From the NCBI GenBank assembly GCA_015055605.1, contig SVHV01000002.1, forward strand, positions 24,049-88,048: a DNA stretch of 64,000 nt, in the 5' to 3' direction. Positions 1 through 10,792 of the stretch are shown in pieces. The notes under the pieces are model-generated. The model did no database searches. It worked only from the letters and a program-made list of their open reading frames with translations, and was not told where the DNA came from. The DNA is from Clostridiales bacterium. Its GTDB lineage: Bacteria > Bacillota > Clostridia > Christensenellales > UBA1242. The position numbers and the translations under genes are program-made. How positions within the stretch are numbered: position 1 is the stretch's first letter; each line of letters opens with the position of its first letter.

Positions 1-3000
1 GCTAGTAACAAGGGATCTAATCTCAGATACAACATCATCATAAATTAAAGCAGAAGACTCGCCTTTATTAACAACTCTTTGTACTACGCCTAACTCATTA
101 CCTGTAATAGGTGAAACAATTACAAAATTAACTGTATATGTTTGAACAATGAAGTCTGCCCATATTGTAAGAATGCCATTTTCATCATAAGTGATTGTAT
201 CACCATTTGTGATATATTGTTTTTCTCCACCAACTAGGTAATACCAACCATTAAAGATGTATGAAGAATGACCATAATCAGAATATGTTGGCTCAGGACT
301 AGGCTCGATAAATGTTGTACCATATTTTACTGTACCATAAGTACCACCACCAGCACCTGCTGCACCGTCATACATGGTCATTTCTGAATTGTCATGTCTA
401 GTTACTTTGTACACAATTTTGATAGATCTTTCTTCATAAATTGCATAGAAAGTAAATGTCTTAGATGGCTCGATAAGGTCTGCTGGAATTATAGCGCCAG
501 CACCCTCTGCATCATAAAGTTTAGAACCTGATTTTGTACCCCAACCAGTTAGGATATAGCCCAACTTGTTGAATAATGCATTTGCTTTATATGGACTTAA
601 ATCAAAGTCTTCACCGTAATTTGCATTAACAATAAGTGTGCCATTAGTTTGTTTATCAACAAGTGTAATAGCGATTTGTAATGGTTGCCATACAGCATAT
701 AGTGTAACTACATTCTGTACACCACCCTCTACACTAGCTGTTAGATAACAATCTCTAAGAGTGCCATCTGAATTTAGAACTTTATATTTACCTGTGCCGG
801 TACTTTTAGCAGAACTAAAGTCAAATTGTAATGTAGTTCCTGTCTCGAACACATTATTCATATCAATAGTACCATCACTACCAGCAAGTGCCCAACCTAA
901 TAGGTTAAAGCCTGTTCTTGTTAAGTTTGAACCAGTAAGTGTTACTGACATTGTTAAGTTTGAACTAGATGTATTTGTACTATAGTAAGATGATGTAGGA
1001 ACAGTTCCTCTACCACCATTTGCATTAAATGATACAACATAATCGGTTGTCCAAACAGCATAATAACTAGCATTACCTGTAACTGGAACAGATGTATATC
1101 TAGAACCAGAAACATTTTTGTAAATAGTTTCGTTAGCAGTAATATCGCTAATCTTTGTATCTAAATCATATTTATTCTTTGTCCAACCCTCAAAGATATA
1201 TCCTGGTCTAGCAGGTCCTTGAGGAACAACAATGTTTGTGCCACCACCTACAGAATATGGTGTTTTATTTTCTGTACCATCATTATGGAAGAAGTCAACT
1301 GAGTAAGTATCTTTTACCCAATTTACATATAGAGATAGAGCTCTATCAGACATTTCATACTCATATCCTGCCGCATATTCTTTAGCAGAAGCATAGTTTT
1401 GTCTAGTTGTCCAACCACCAAATGAATTGTATTGTTTAGACCATTTAAGAGTATTAGTTACAACATCTTGTCCAGGAAGAGCAAGTGTTTCACCTGAAAT
1501 AGCCTCAATTCTAACCTTCTTAATACTATTCATAGCATCTAGAAGTGTAAGGTATGTAAGTTGTGACCATTGAGCATATAGTGTTACATCTTCGCTCACT
1601 GTATGAACATAAGTTGTGTCGATATATTTGAATGTTCCGATACCTGTCCATTCATTATCGTTAACTTGAGTTAGATTGATACCATAATTACCAGCATCTT
1701 GTGCCCATGCATTATACCAAACATTCTCCTCAACCTCGTCTGCATCAGCATAAGTTGTCCAACCTGTAAATCTGTAACCCTTCAAGCTATTCTTGAATGT
1801 TTCAGTTGTGATATATGGGTTAGATAAATCAAGTGTGTTGTAATAATTGTTTGTTTTTCTACTATTCTCGTCAAATACAGAAGTTGTATAGTATTTGCCG
1901 TAAATGTCGTCATATTTGTATACATTGATACTAGGAATATATCCACTAGAACCAGAAAGTCTCTTGTTGAAGTTCAACTTGTAAGAATCTCTAGTCCACT
2001 TAGAATATAAACGGAATTTGTAAACGCCATCTTCTGGGTCTACCTGTGAATAAACTGTAATCTCATTACCACTAGCATCTTGCATAGTAAGATATGGGAT
2101 ATCATTATTGTCAACTGCAACAGTCATGTCATATTCTGTAACAGGCATTGTTAAATCATAATCAAGATACCAGCCAGCGAATGTATATTCTTTGTAGCTA
2201 CCATCTTCGTCATTTAGAGTATCTACTGCATCAAGCACTGGAGTAATTCCACCGATTGCAGTTGAAATCTTATTTGTATATCTAACAAGTGGCTGAGTTC
2301 CAGAAGGTCTATTGTTTCTGATAATAAACTCTCCGTTAGCATCTTTAGCTGGAGTAACAGAAACATCAGTTACAGGATCAAGAACAGTTTTGTTATTGAT
2401 ATCTGTGTAACTGCTGAAGTATTCAATACCAGTGTATAGTTGAACAGAATATCTATTAGCCTGGAAGTATGCGTAAACATCTAGGTCACCGTCTGTACCT
2501 AGTCTCTGTCTACTACCTGGACTCCAAACAATAGCTGTAGACTCGTTAGCCTCAGTAATATTAACTGTAGACCAACCAACGAAAGTATGACCCTTGATAG
2601 CAGTAAACTCAGGCAATAATTCTCCACTTGAGTCTCTACCTGTAGGAAGGGTAAAGTAGTCGTTATAGTCTACACGAACAGACTCACAACCAGTAACAGA
2701 TGTACTGTTTATCCACTCTTGTCTTACTTCGTCCCAAACAAGAACATGGAATATGATGTTGTGTGTGTTTACATCATACTGAGCATATAGGTCTAGCTCA
2801 TCTTCAACAAGCTCCCTCTCCGGCTCAATAGAATGCAAACCATCATAGTCATAAGTCCACTCTCTAAAGGTGTAACCTATCTTTGTATAGCCCGCTATAT
2901 TACCCAGCGTACTATGTTTCTTAACCGAGTACTCCTTGAGTAATTGATCACCGTCATACATTGAGATATGTGTCTTTGGGTATGCATACACATAAAGGAT

Positions 3001-3096
3001 TGTTGCAAGCACTGACACCATCATAAGCACAATAATAACAACGGTTTTGATAAGTAAATTTTGTCTCTCTGCACTAACTACTTTTACTTCGTTCAT
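1..3096 (-). CDS. Large cell-surface repeat protein, 5' part only (the gene runs off the left edge). It has an N-terminal membrane anchor followed by many Listeria/Bacteroides-type (Flg_new-like) repeats.
   Basis: It is absent from the ORF track because no stop lies in the window. Hand translation of the minus strand from ATG 3096-3094 (GGGAGA 8 nt upstream) gives MNEVKVVSAERQNLLIKTVVIIVLMMVSVLATILYVYAYPK... In-frame triplets that I checked over 1-480 and 2500-3096 contain no stop. G-Y/H-x-F-x-G-W motifs recur (GYTFREW, GHTFVGW, YIFNGWYY). Confidence 0.7.
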   Translation of the reverse strand, partial: MNEVKVVSAERQNLLIKTVVIIVLMMVSVLATILYVYAYPKTHISMYDGDQLLKEYSVKKHSTLGNIAGYTKIGYTFREWTYDYDGLHSIEPERELVEDELDLYAQYDVNTHNIIFHVLVWDEVRQEWINSTSVTGCESVRVDYNDYFTLPTGRDSSGELLPEFTAIKGHTFVGWSTVNITEANESTAIVWSPGSRQRLGTDGDLDVYAYFQANRYSVQLYTGIEYFSSYTDINNKTVLDPVTDVSVTPAKDANGEFIIRNNRPSGTQPLVRYTNKISTAIGGITPVLDAVDTLNDEDGSYKEYTFAGWYLDYDLTMPVTEYDMTVAVDNNDIPYLTMQDASGNEITVYSQVDPEDGVYKFRLYSKWTRDSYKLNFNKRLSGSSGYIPSINVYKYDDIYGKYYTTSVFDENSRKTNNYYNTLDLSNPYITTETFKNSLKGYRFTGWTTYADADEVEENVWYNAWAQDAGNYGINLTQVNDNEWTGIGTFKYIDTTYVHTVSEDVTLYAQWSQLTYLTLLDAMNSIKKVRIEAISGETLALPGQDVVTNTLKWSKQYNSFGGWTTRQNYASAKEYAAGYEYEMSDRALSLYVNWVKDTYSVDFFHNDGTENKTPYSVGGGTNIVVPQGPARPGYIFEGWTKNKYDLDTKISDITANETIYKNVSGSRYTSVPVTGNASYYAVWTTDYVVSFNANGGRGTVPTSSYYSTNTSSSNLTMSVTLTGSNLTRTGFNLLGWALAGSDGTIDMNNVFETGTTLQFDFSSAKSTGTGKYKVLNSDGTLRDCYLTASVEGGVQNVVTLYAVWQPLQIAITLVDKQTNGTLIVNANYGEDFDLSPYKANALFNKLGYILTGWGTKSGSKLYDAEGAGAIIPADLIEPSKTFTFYAIYEERSIKIVYKVTRHDNSEMTMYDGAAGAGGGTYGTVKYGTTFIEPSPEPTYSDYGHSSYIFNGWYYLVGGEKQYITNGDTITYDENGILTIWADFIVQTYTVNFVIVSPITGNELGVVQRVVNKGESSALIYDDVVSEIRSLVTS

Positions 3097-3420
3097 TTCT
3101 TTTTTCTCCCATTTCTTCACTTGTGTTTTTTTATTTTAAAATTCCATATTTCTAAGGTCTTGTCCACGCCCTAATATTTTAAGTAAAAAGACAAATTCTC
3201 TTATAATATAAAATCTCTAGTAATATTATATATGCGAATGCGTAATTTCGTCAATCTTTTTGATATAAAATCGAAAAGTAAATTAAAAGGAAAATCAATG
3301 TCGAAATTTATCAAAAAACACAAGAAAATCGGGCACTTCTGCCATCACTATTTCTAGTTTATTCAAAAGAAATTTATTTATTTAAAAAGCAGATACTTTG
3401 ATATGTAAAATAAAAAATTT

Positions 3421-3444
3421 TAAGACATAACTTGTTATGTCTTA
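3421..3444. terminator. Perfect 10-bp hairpin between typA and the surface-protein gene
   Basis: TAAGACATAA-CTTG-TTATGTCTTA, flanked by A/T runs. Confidence 0.45.
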
Positions 3445-3473
3445 AAAACCTAGAAATATAGCAATTATATAAA

Positions 3474-3502
3474 GAAAAAGACATGTCAAAACAGACATGC
3501 CT
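3474..3502 (-). terminator. Rho-independent terminator of typA
   Basis: The minus strand reads GGCATGTC-TGTTTT-GACATGTC followed by TTTTTC, directly after the typA stop. Confidence 0.5.
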
Positions 3503-3529
3503 TATTTTAAGTAAAATCTCTAATTTTTA

Positions 3530-5356
3530 TCACTCAATATTGTTCTTTTTTCTGAAGTCCATTCTGCCTCTAGCAACATGGTCAAGAACAATTTTTCTTA
3601 GTCTCAAACTCTTAGGAGTAACCTCTAACAACTCGTCATCATCTAAAAACTCAAGACACTCCTCTAGAGTCATAATCTTATGAGGCTCTAGTCTAAGCGC
3701 ATCATCACTCGCTGCAGACCTCATATTTGTTAATTGTTTTTTCTTACAAACATTGACTACAATATCAACACCCTTAGGGTTAATACCTACAACCATACCA
3801 CCATAAACAGGTGTTCCTGTACCGATAAGCATTCTACCTCTTTCTTGAGAATTATATAAACCATATTGACAAGCCTCACCATTCTCATAAGCAATCAATG
3901 CACCAAAATTTCTTCTATCAATATTACCCTTAAATACATCATATTTTTCAAATACTGCAGACATAATTCCCTCGCCCTTAGTATCTGTTAAAAACTGTGA
4001 TTTATAGCCAAAAAGTCCCCTTGATGGGATAAGGAATTCAAGTCTAGACCTAGTACCATGAGTAGACATTGAAACTAGCTCTCCTTTTCTAGTTCCCAAC
4101 TCACTCATAACACTACCAACAGAGTCCTCTGGAACATCTGCAACAAATCTATCAATAGGCTCACATTTTACACCATCAATCTCTTTGTAAAGAACTTGTG
4201 GCATAGAAACCTGGAACTCATATCCGTCTCTTCTCATATTCTCAATAAGGATAGAGATATGCATCTCGCCCCTACCCAAAACTGTAAAACTATCTGCACT
4301 CTCTGTATCATATACTTTTAAACTTAAGTCCTTAACAGCCTCTTTCATAAGTCTATCTCTTAGATGTCTACTAGTACAGAACTTGCCCTCTTTACCTGCA
4401 AATGGACTATTATTTACAGAGAAAGTCATTTGAACTGATGGCTCACTAATTTTAACAAAAGGAATAGGCTCACAAGCACCCTTTGCACAAACAGTATCAC
4501 CTATAGTAACATCTGGACTACCAGCTAGACAAACAATATCTCCAGCAACAGCCTCTTCGATAGGAACTCTCTTTAGTCCCTCAAACGCAAAAATATTAAC
4601 TACCTTGAATGATTTAGCCTTAGACTCTCCATAATAGTTACAAACATCAACGCTATCGTTAGCTTTAATTACACCCCTCTCAACTTTGCCGATAGAAAGT
4701 TTACCTAAATAATCATTATGCTCACTAGAGCTAACTAACATCTGGAATGGAGCATTCTTATCAATATTTGGTGAAGGAATATAATTAACAATTGTTTCAA
4801 ACAATGGTTTCATATCTGTACCTAATGTATCTGGGTCAGTGCTTGCAATTCCCTGTCTACAAGAAGCAAAGATAAATGGAGACTCTAATTGTTCGTCACT
4901 AGCATTAAGCTCTAAGAACAACTCTAATACCTCATCAATAACCTCTTTTGGTCTAGCCTCAGCTTTATCAATCTTATTAACAACAACAATAACCTTATGA
5001 TTCAACTCTAATGCCTTTTGAAGAACGAATCTTGTTTGAGGCATTGGACCTTCAAAAGCATCTACTACTAAGATAACACCATCAACCATCTTTAGAACTC
5101 TCTCAACCTCACCACCGAAGTCTGCGTGTCCTGGAGTATCTACAACATTGATTTTTATATCATTGTATAGCACTGCTGTATTTTTACTAAGAATGGTAAT
5201 CCCTCTCTCTTTCTCAAGGTCGTTACTATCCATGACTCTATCTTCTACTACTTGATTATCTCTAAAAACACCACCAGACTTAAGTAACTCATTTACAAGG
5301 CTAGTTTTACCATGGTCTACATGGGCGATAATCGCAACATTTCTAATTCCTTTCAT
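3530..5356 (-). CDS. typA: Translational GTPase TypA/BipA
   Basis: [14 protein letters not shown] and [13 protein letters not shown]-motifs with EF-G-like architecture. I placed the start at MKGIRNV (ATG 5356) because AGGAGA lies upstream. Confidence 0.95.
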   Translation of the reverse strand: MKGIRNVAIIAHVDHGKTSLVNELLKSGGVFRDNQVVEDRVMDSNDLEKERGITILSKNTAVLYNDIKINVVDTPGHADFGGEVERVLKMVDGVILVVDAFEGPMPQTRFVLQKALELNHKVIVVVNKIDKAEARPKEVIDEVLELFLELNASDEQLESPFIFASCRQGIASTDPDTLGTDMKPLFETIVNYIPSPNIDKNAPFQMLVSSSEHNDYLGKLSIGKVERGVIKANDSVDVCNYYGESKAKSFKVVNIFAFEGLKRVPIEEAVAGDIVCLAGSPDVTIGDTVCAKGACEPIPFVKISEPSVQMTFSVNNSPFAGKEGKFCTSRHLRDRLMKEAVKDLSLKVYDTESADSFTVLGRGEMHISILIENMRRDGYEFQVSMPQVLYKEIDGVKCEPIDRFVADVPEDSVGSVMSELGTRKGELVSMSTHGTRSRLEFLIPSRGLFGYKSQFLTDTKGEGIMSAVFEKYDVFKGNIDRRNFGALIAYENGEACQYGLYNSQERGRMLIGTGTPVYGGMVVGINPKGVDIVVNVCKKKQLTNMRSAASDDALRLEPHKIMTLEECLEFLDDDELLEVTPKSLRLRKIVLDHVARGRMDFRKKNNIE

Positions 5357-5550
5357 TTTTTGTTTTCTCCTAAAACTTTTAAATATACTCTTAACCAAAT
5401 CTAAGCAATAAAAAATGGACCAGTTAATGTCCTTTGGTTAAAAATTTTTTACTGACTAATTTTAGCACAAGAATTTAATCTTGAAAAGTAGTTTTGTAAA
5501 AAAATTTATTTTTTTATTATTAAAGCCATACAATCAAATCAACTCACAAA

Positions 5551-5577
5551 AACAAAAAAAGAGGGATAACCCTCTTT
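5551..5577 (-). terminator. Terminator after the CorC-family gene
   Basis: The minus strand reads AGAGGG-TTAT-CCCTCT followed by TTTTTTTG. Confidence 0.55.
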
Positions 5578-5578
5578 C

Positions 5579-6964
5579 TTATTCTTCGTTTTCACCATTC
5601 AGCATTTCGTCATTCTTAACATCAACAACCTGAACAGTAATCTCTTTAATTCTATTGTCTTCGACTTTTGAAAGCGTGAAATGTAATTCAACTGGAATAG
5701 AAACATACAATCCATCAACAACTCTCTCATCAGTAGTCTTATATACTATTACCTTGTCTTGTACAGGAAGTTCCTCGCTAAGACCAAATAAGAATCCACC
5801 CACTGAAGTATAGTCAGACTCAGGCAAATGCTCTATCTCAAGCATTTCAAACAAGTCCTCCAATTCCATCTCAGCATCTACAACAAATTCATTATCATTC
5901 TTCTTATCTAGAACATCTTCTGGAGCAACTTCGTCATGCTCATCATAAATCTCTCCAACAACCTCCTCAATTGCGTCTTCCATACAAACTATACCACTAG
6001 TTCCACCATGCTCATCTAAAACAACAGCCATGTGTTTTTTAGTCTTTTGCATTAGTCTAATTACATCATCTGCCTTCATATTTTCATTAATATATAGAGG
6101 CTCAGTCATAATCTTTTTGATATAGATTTTCTCTCCTGAAAGCATGGCTTTGAAGAAATCTTTTTGATTTAAGATTCCTATAATTTTATCAATTGTATCC
6201 TCATAAACAGGTAGTCTACTAAACATAGTTGACATAAACACATCTTGTACTGTTTTGACAGAATCATTATACTTTATGGCAGAAACATCTACTCTAGGTG
6301 TCATTATATCATAAGCAGTTCTCTCTTCTAAATCAAGAACACTTTGCATAATTTCGGCATTCTTTTTATCGAGAACACCCTCTTCTTCCATAGTATCAAT
6401 GATACTCTCAAGCTCACCTTCTGTAACGGTTGGACCAATATTAGACTCTTTTGCTCTTTTAGTTGCAAATAGTTGCAATTTTAGAAACACCCATGAGATA
6501 GGTGTAAGAACCTTCATGATAACAAACATTATAGCACTTGTTCTAAGTGTAAATGTAAGTGGCTCTACTTTTACCATTGACTTTGGTAGAATCTCACCAA
6601 AAATCAAAATAAGAATTGTCATTATCACAGTATTGAGTACATTTGATAATGTTGGGTCTGTAATAAGCACACTAAAGATATATGCACATATTGTTGTAAC
6701 CCCGATATTCACTAGGTTATTACCTATAAGAATTGTTGACAAAGTTTTATCGTAGTGCTCAGTTATATATATAGCTTTTCTAGCACCTCTAACTTTGTTG
6801 TCGGCTAAACTTCTTAGCCTTGTTTGATTAACAGCTGTAAATGCCATCTCACTCGCAGAGAAATATGCAGAACATGCAATTAGTAATGCGGCTACTATGT
6901 ATAACCAGATACTAATTCCTCCTAAGTTTATCGCACACAACTGTCCAGTCGGCACTGTATCCAT
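5579..6964 (-). CDS. CNNM/CorC-HlyC family membrane protein (DUF21 TM domain, CBS pair, CorC_HlyC C-terminal domain)
   Basis: The N-terminal TM segments contain GEILPK, followed by a CBS-pair region (IMTPR...VVLDEHGGTSGIV) and a C-terminal transporter-associated domain. Confidence 0.85.
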   Translation of the reverse strand: MDTVPTGQLCAINLGGISIWLYIVAALLIACSAYFSASEMAFTAVNQTRLRSLADNKVRGARKAIYITEHYDKTLSTILIGNNLVNIGVTTICAYIFSVLITDPTLSNVLNTVIMTILILIFGEILPKSMVKVEPLTFTLRTSAIMFVIMKVLTPISWVFLKLQLFATKRAKESNIGPTVTEGELESIIDTMEEEGVLDKKNAEIMQSVLDLEERTAYDIMTPRVDVSAIKYNDSVKTVQDVFMSTMFSRLPVYEDTIDKIIGILNQKDFFKAMLSGEKIYIKKIMTEPLYINENMKADDVIRLMQKTKKHMAVVLDEHGGTSGIVCMEDAIEEVVGEIYDEHDEVAPEDVLDKKNDNEFVVDAEMELEDLFEMLEIEHLPESDYTSVGGFLFGLSEELPVQDKVIVYKTTDERVVDGLYVSIPVELHFTLSKVEDNRIKEITVQVVDVKNDEMLNGENEE

Positions 6965-7187
6965 TTTTTAAATTTTTCTCTCCTTCTGTATTAAAATAAA
7001 TACAAGTCCATTATATCATATAATGTTATAAAAGTAAAGACTTTTGACTCTGCAGTTTTAATTCTACACCCACACCCCTCTTTCACCTGCAGAAAAATGT
7101 CTAAAAACAAAAAATACATCTTATGCTATTTATAAATATTGCAATCGGTTGTTTGACAATCACTAATATAAATTATATTATAATAAT

Positions 7188-8129
7188 GTGAGTAAAAATA
7201 AGAAAAAGTTATCCAAAAATAAAAAGAAGTTTTTTATAATAGTATCCTGCTACATAGCAGTCTTTTTAGTGACAGCCATTTTGACTGCCTCTACTCTTTC
7301 GTGGTTTACAGGTAGCACATGGAGTACAGAGATGCTCTATATGGGTGGTCCGGTATACATATACTTCTCAGATGATTCAGGAGAAAGAAACACCAGTGGA
7401 GAAAACAATCTAGTTATGACACTACCACCAAACTGGGACAAACTTTATCCTGGAATGAATATAAAATTCGAAGCAAAAGCCGTTCTTCAGGGTGGAAGAT
7501 GGGAAAAAGAGAAGTATAATGGCGAAACTGTTGAGATATACACAACAGGAGCAATACTTAGGGCTAAAGTTTTAGTTCAGGTAACCACCCCGTCGGGAAC
7601 TAAATACCCTAGTGAAGATGCAACTGCTGAAGATATCCATATTGCACAGAGTCTATATGATAATTTGTGGCCACAATTACAAGCCAAAGCACAGAGTTCT
7701 GATGACGGCACAGGCAGATGGGTATTTGACCTACAAAACACAGAAAAACTAGAAGAAAACTACTTCTACTACATTTTATCAGACCAAGCAACTCAGGCTG
7801 ACATCAGCAATTATAAATTAGTCGAAGTAGGTGGAGTCGAAGAAGATGTTGCTGTTGGATTCTTAAATGATGCAGTAGTAACACTATCCGGCCTAGGATT
7901 TATCAATGAACACGCAGATTGCGACATCAAATTTACAATCGTTTTCCATGCACTACAAGCATTCTTGCCTTATGAAGAAGAAGACCTAGACCAACCATAT
8001 CAAGGCGATACAACAGGCAGACCTGACAGAGTAGTATGGGCAGACATAGGTCTAGCAAAACCTCTAACACTAGGTAATAGTCGTAGAGTATTTACAGAGG
8101 CATTCTCAGTTATCTACGAAACAACATAA
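7188..8129 (+). CDS. Secreted or membrane-anchored hypothetical protein, possibly in the TasA/camelysin (SipW-type signal peptide) class
   Basis: 313-aa ORF with a GTG start, a basic N-terminus, a TM helix, then ASTLSWFTGST, which resembles the (A/S)(Y/W)F(T/S)D end of SipW-type signals. No clear RBS. Confidence 0.5.
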   Translation: MSKNKKKLSKNKKKFFIIVSCYIAVFLVTAILTASTLSWFTGSTWSTEMLYMGGPVYIYFSDDSGERNTSGENNLVMTLPPNWDKLYPGMNIKFEAKAVLQGGRWEKEKYNGETVEIYTTGAILRAKVLVQVTTPSGTKYPSEDATAEDIHIAQSLYDNLWPQLQAKAQSSDDGTGRWVFDLQNTEKLEENYFYYILSDQATQADISNYKLVEVGGVEEDVAVGFLNDAVVTLSGLGFINEHADCDIKFTIVFHALQAFLPYEEEDLDQPYQGDTTGRPDRVVWADIGLAKPLTLGNSRRVFTEAFSVIYETT

Positions 8130-8157
8130 AATTCAATACAAAAGCGAGGATAGACAA

Positions 8158-9813
8158 ATGACAGATATAGAAATAGCAAATTCAGTAAAACCAGAAAAAA
8201 TCAAGAATATAGCTAAAAAATTAGGTTTAAAAGCAAGAGATATCTTCCTATATGGCGACACAAAAGCCAAGATTACAAAGCAAGTAAAAAGTGCTAGAGA
8301 AGATAGTAAACTAGTGCTAGTTACAGCCATCAATCCAACTAGTGCTGGTATAGGTAAGACCACTGTTTCTATAGGTATCGCAGACGCACTCAATCATTTA
8401 GGCGAGTCTGTTTGTCTAGCACTCAGAGAGCCATCTTTGGGCCCAGTATTTGGCATCAAAGGAGGAGCCACAGGTGGTGGTCATAGTCAAGTTATACCTA
8501 TGGCAGACATTAACCTACATTTTACAGGCGATTTTCATGCAATCACTTCAGCAAACAATCTACTTTGCTCAATGATAGACAACCATATTTTTCAGGGCAA
8601 CGAATTAGGTATAGACGAAGAAAAAATATTATTCCATAGATGCTTAGACCTAAACGACAGAGCACTAAGGTCAGTAACAGTAGGACAAACAAAAATTGAG
8701 AGTCCTAGACAAGATAGTTTCACTATCACTGCTGCTAGTGAAATAATGGCAATAATGTGTCTGTCAAAGAACTTAGCCGACCTAAAAAATAGACTAGGAA
8801 ATATCCTTGTTGCAGTAAGCAAAAAGGGTAAGCCTATTTATGCAAAAGACCTAAAAGCACAAGACGCTATGGCAATACTACTCGAACAAGCATTACTACC
8901 AAACTTAGTCCAAACACTAGAAGGCACACCTGCACTTGTTCACTTAGGACCATTTGCAAATATCGCACATGGTTGCAATAGTATTACTGCCACAAAACTC
9001 AGCATGAGCCTTGCAAAATACACCATCACAGAGGCAGGTTTTGGTGCTGATTTAGGTGCAGAAAAATTCTTAGACCTTAAGTGTAGAGTTGCAGAACTAA
9101 AACCAAATGCAGTAGTCTTAGTCGCAACTATTCAAGCACTAAAACTTCATGGTGGAGTAGATAAAAACTGTCTAAAAGAAGAGAATATCCCTGCTCTTAT
9201 AGAAGGAATGGGTAATCTAATTAGACATATAAACATTATTAGAAATATTTACAAATTACCACTAGTAGTAACACTCAATAAATACTCTAGTGATAGCCCA
9301 AAAGAAGTAGAAACTGTCCTTAGCAAACTAAAAGAAATGGGGGTTTCTTATGCCATCAATGATGCATGGGCTTTAGGTGGAGAAGGAGCTATAGATTTAG
9401 CTCAGAAAGTTATGTCTGCCTGCGAAGAAGATAGTAGCAAATTTAGTTATAGTTACGCACTTGAAGACTCTGTAGAAAAGAAGATTGAAGATATAGCAAA
9501 GAATGTCTACGGAGCGAAAGGAATTGAACTACTAGAGCCTGCCAAAGAGGCTATTAAAACTATCGAAAAATTAAAAATTTCAGACTACCCTATTGTTATC
9601 GCTAAGACACAATATTCTCTAAGCGACAATGCAAAACTAATAGGTGCACCGACAGATTTCACAATCACCATCAGAGATATAGAAATCAGAAACGGTGCAA
9701 AGTTCTTAGTTGCACTAGCTGGAGACATGATGTTGATGCCAGGACTAAGCAAAAACCCTGCTGCATCTAATATGAAAATCACAAACAACGGAAAAATTAG
9801 TGGACTATTCTAA
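8158..9813 (+). CDS. fhs: Formate--tetrahydrofolate ligase
   Basis: 551 aa. Matches the FTHFS family along the full length (NPTSAGIGKTT P-loop, LVHLGPFANIAHGCNS). Confidence 0.95.
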   Translation: MTDIEIANSVKPEKIKNIAKKLGLKARDIFLYGDTKAKITKQVKSAREDSKLVLVTAINPTSAGIGKTTVSIGIADALNHLGESVCLALREPSLGPVFGIKGGATGGGHSQVIPMADINLHFTGDFHAITSANNLLCSMIDNHIFQGNELGIDEEKILFHRCLDLNDRALRSVTVGQTKIESPRQDSFTITAASEIMAIMCLSKNLADLKNRLGNILVAVSKKGKPIYAKDLKAQDAMAILLEQALLPNLVQTLEGTPALVHLGPFANIAHGCNSITATKLSMSLAKYTITEAGFGADLGAEKFLDLKCRVAELKPNAVVLVATIQALKLHGGVDKNCLKEENIPALIEGMGNLIRHINIIRNIYKLPLVVTLNKYSSDSPKEVETVLSKLKEMGVSYAINDAWALGGEGAIDLAQKVMSACEEDSSKFSYSYALEDSVEKKIEDIAKNVYGAKGIELLEPAKEAIKTIEKLKISDYPIVIAKTQYSLSDNAKLIGAPTDFTITIRDIEIRNGAKFLVALAGDMMLMPGLSKNPAASNMKITNNGKISGLF

Positions 9814-9837
9814 AAGCCCCTAAAAAAGAAGAGTTTT

Positions 9838-10773
9838 ATGGAAGACAAAATTTACGACTTAATAATATTAGGCGGAGGCCCTGCTAGTATGAGTGCAGGA
9901 GTCTACGCAGCACAAATGAAACTAGATACACTTCTTATTGAAAAAGAGACTTTCGGTGGACAAATAGCAACAACCAGTTTAGTTACTAACTACTTAGGAT
10001 TTCCTAGTATTTCGGGCGAGGAATTATCAAACCAGATGCATAAGCATTTAGAAACCACACCAGTCCACATTGTAAAAGAAGAAGTTACAAAAACCGAACT
10101 CAAAAACGACATTAAAAAGGTCTACACACACAGTAACTGCTACCTAGCAAAAGCTGTAATAGTGGGTATAGGTACACAGGTTAGGAAATTAGGTGTACCA
10201 GACGAGCAAAAATACCTAAGACGGGGACTAAGTTATACCACACTAAAAGATAGAGATTCTTTTGAAGGAAAAGTCGTTGCAATCGTTGGTGGAGGTAATT
10301 CTGCTATAGAAGATGCAATGTATCTAGCTGAGAAATGTAAAAAAGTGTATATTGTACACAGAAGACAAGAGTTTAGAGCAGATGCAGGAGTTATTAGCGA
10401 CCTACATAGAACTATGGAAGAGAGAGGAAATATAGAACTCACACTCGATTCTAAGCCTCATGGTATTGTTGGTAACGAAAAGGTTGAAGGCTTTGAGGTA
10501 GAACATATCCCTACCGGCAACATAAATACACTCACTGTAGACGGGATATTTGTTGCAATCGGTAGAGGTGCCGATACAGATATTATTGACGAAGAAATAG
10601 CAAGAGACCCATCTGGATATATCATTACAGATACATATATGAGAACAAACCTCGACATGGTTTATGCTGTAGGAGATATCAGAACCACACCTCTTAGACA
10701 AATCGCAACTGCAGTAGCAGACGGTTCAATCGCCTCAGTTACAGCATTTAACGACATAAAAAACAAAAAATAA
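9838..10773 (+). CDS. Thioredoxin-reductase-like FAD/NAD(P)H flavoprotein lacking the redox CxxC
   Basis: GGGPASMSAG FAD motif, GGGNSAIEDA plus HRRQEFRA NADPH motifs, and GD near the C-terminus. Where TrxB has SACATCDG, this protein has SYTTLKDR. Confidence 0.85.
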   Translation: MEDKIYDLIILGGGPASMSAGVYAAQMKLDTLLIEKETFGGQIATTSLVTNYLGFPSISGEELSNQMHKHLETTPVHIVKEEVTKTELKNDIKKVYTHSNCYLAKAVIVGIGTQVRKLGVPDEQKYLRRGLSYTTLKDRDSFEGKVVAIVGGGNSAIEDAMYLAEKCKKVYIVHRRQEFRADAGVISDLHRTMEERGNIELTLDSKPHGIVGNEKVEGFEVEHIPTGNINTLTVDGIFVAIGRGADTDIIDEEIARDPSGYIITDTYMRTNLDMVYAVGDIRTTPLRQIATAVADGSIASVTAFNDIKNKK

Positions 10774-10792
10774 AGAATAAAGGATGGAGAAT

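Noticed and set aside
761-985. 74-aa plus-strand ORF from the track
   Set aside because: It lies entirely inside, and antisense to, the long open minus-strand surface-protein frame (1-3096). It has no RBS and a low-complexity translation.
6399-6755. Long antisense shadow ORFs in the track (for example 6399-6755, 14301-14777, 16416-16841, 20489-20884, 21931-22329, 45067-45477, 48877-49203, 53344-53742, 59126-59509)
   Set aside because: Each is fully embedded antisense or out of frame within a gene that has clear family motifs. They lack RBSs and give low-complexity Ser/Leu/Ile-rich translations typical of AT-rich shadow frames.
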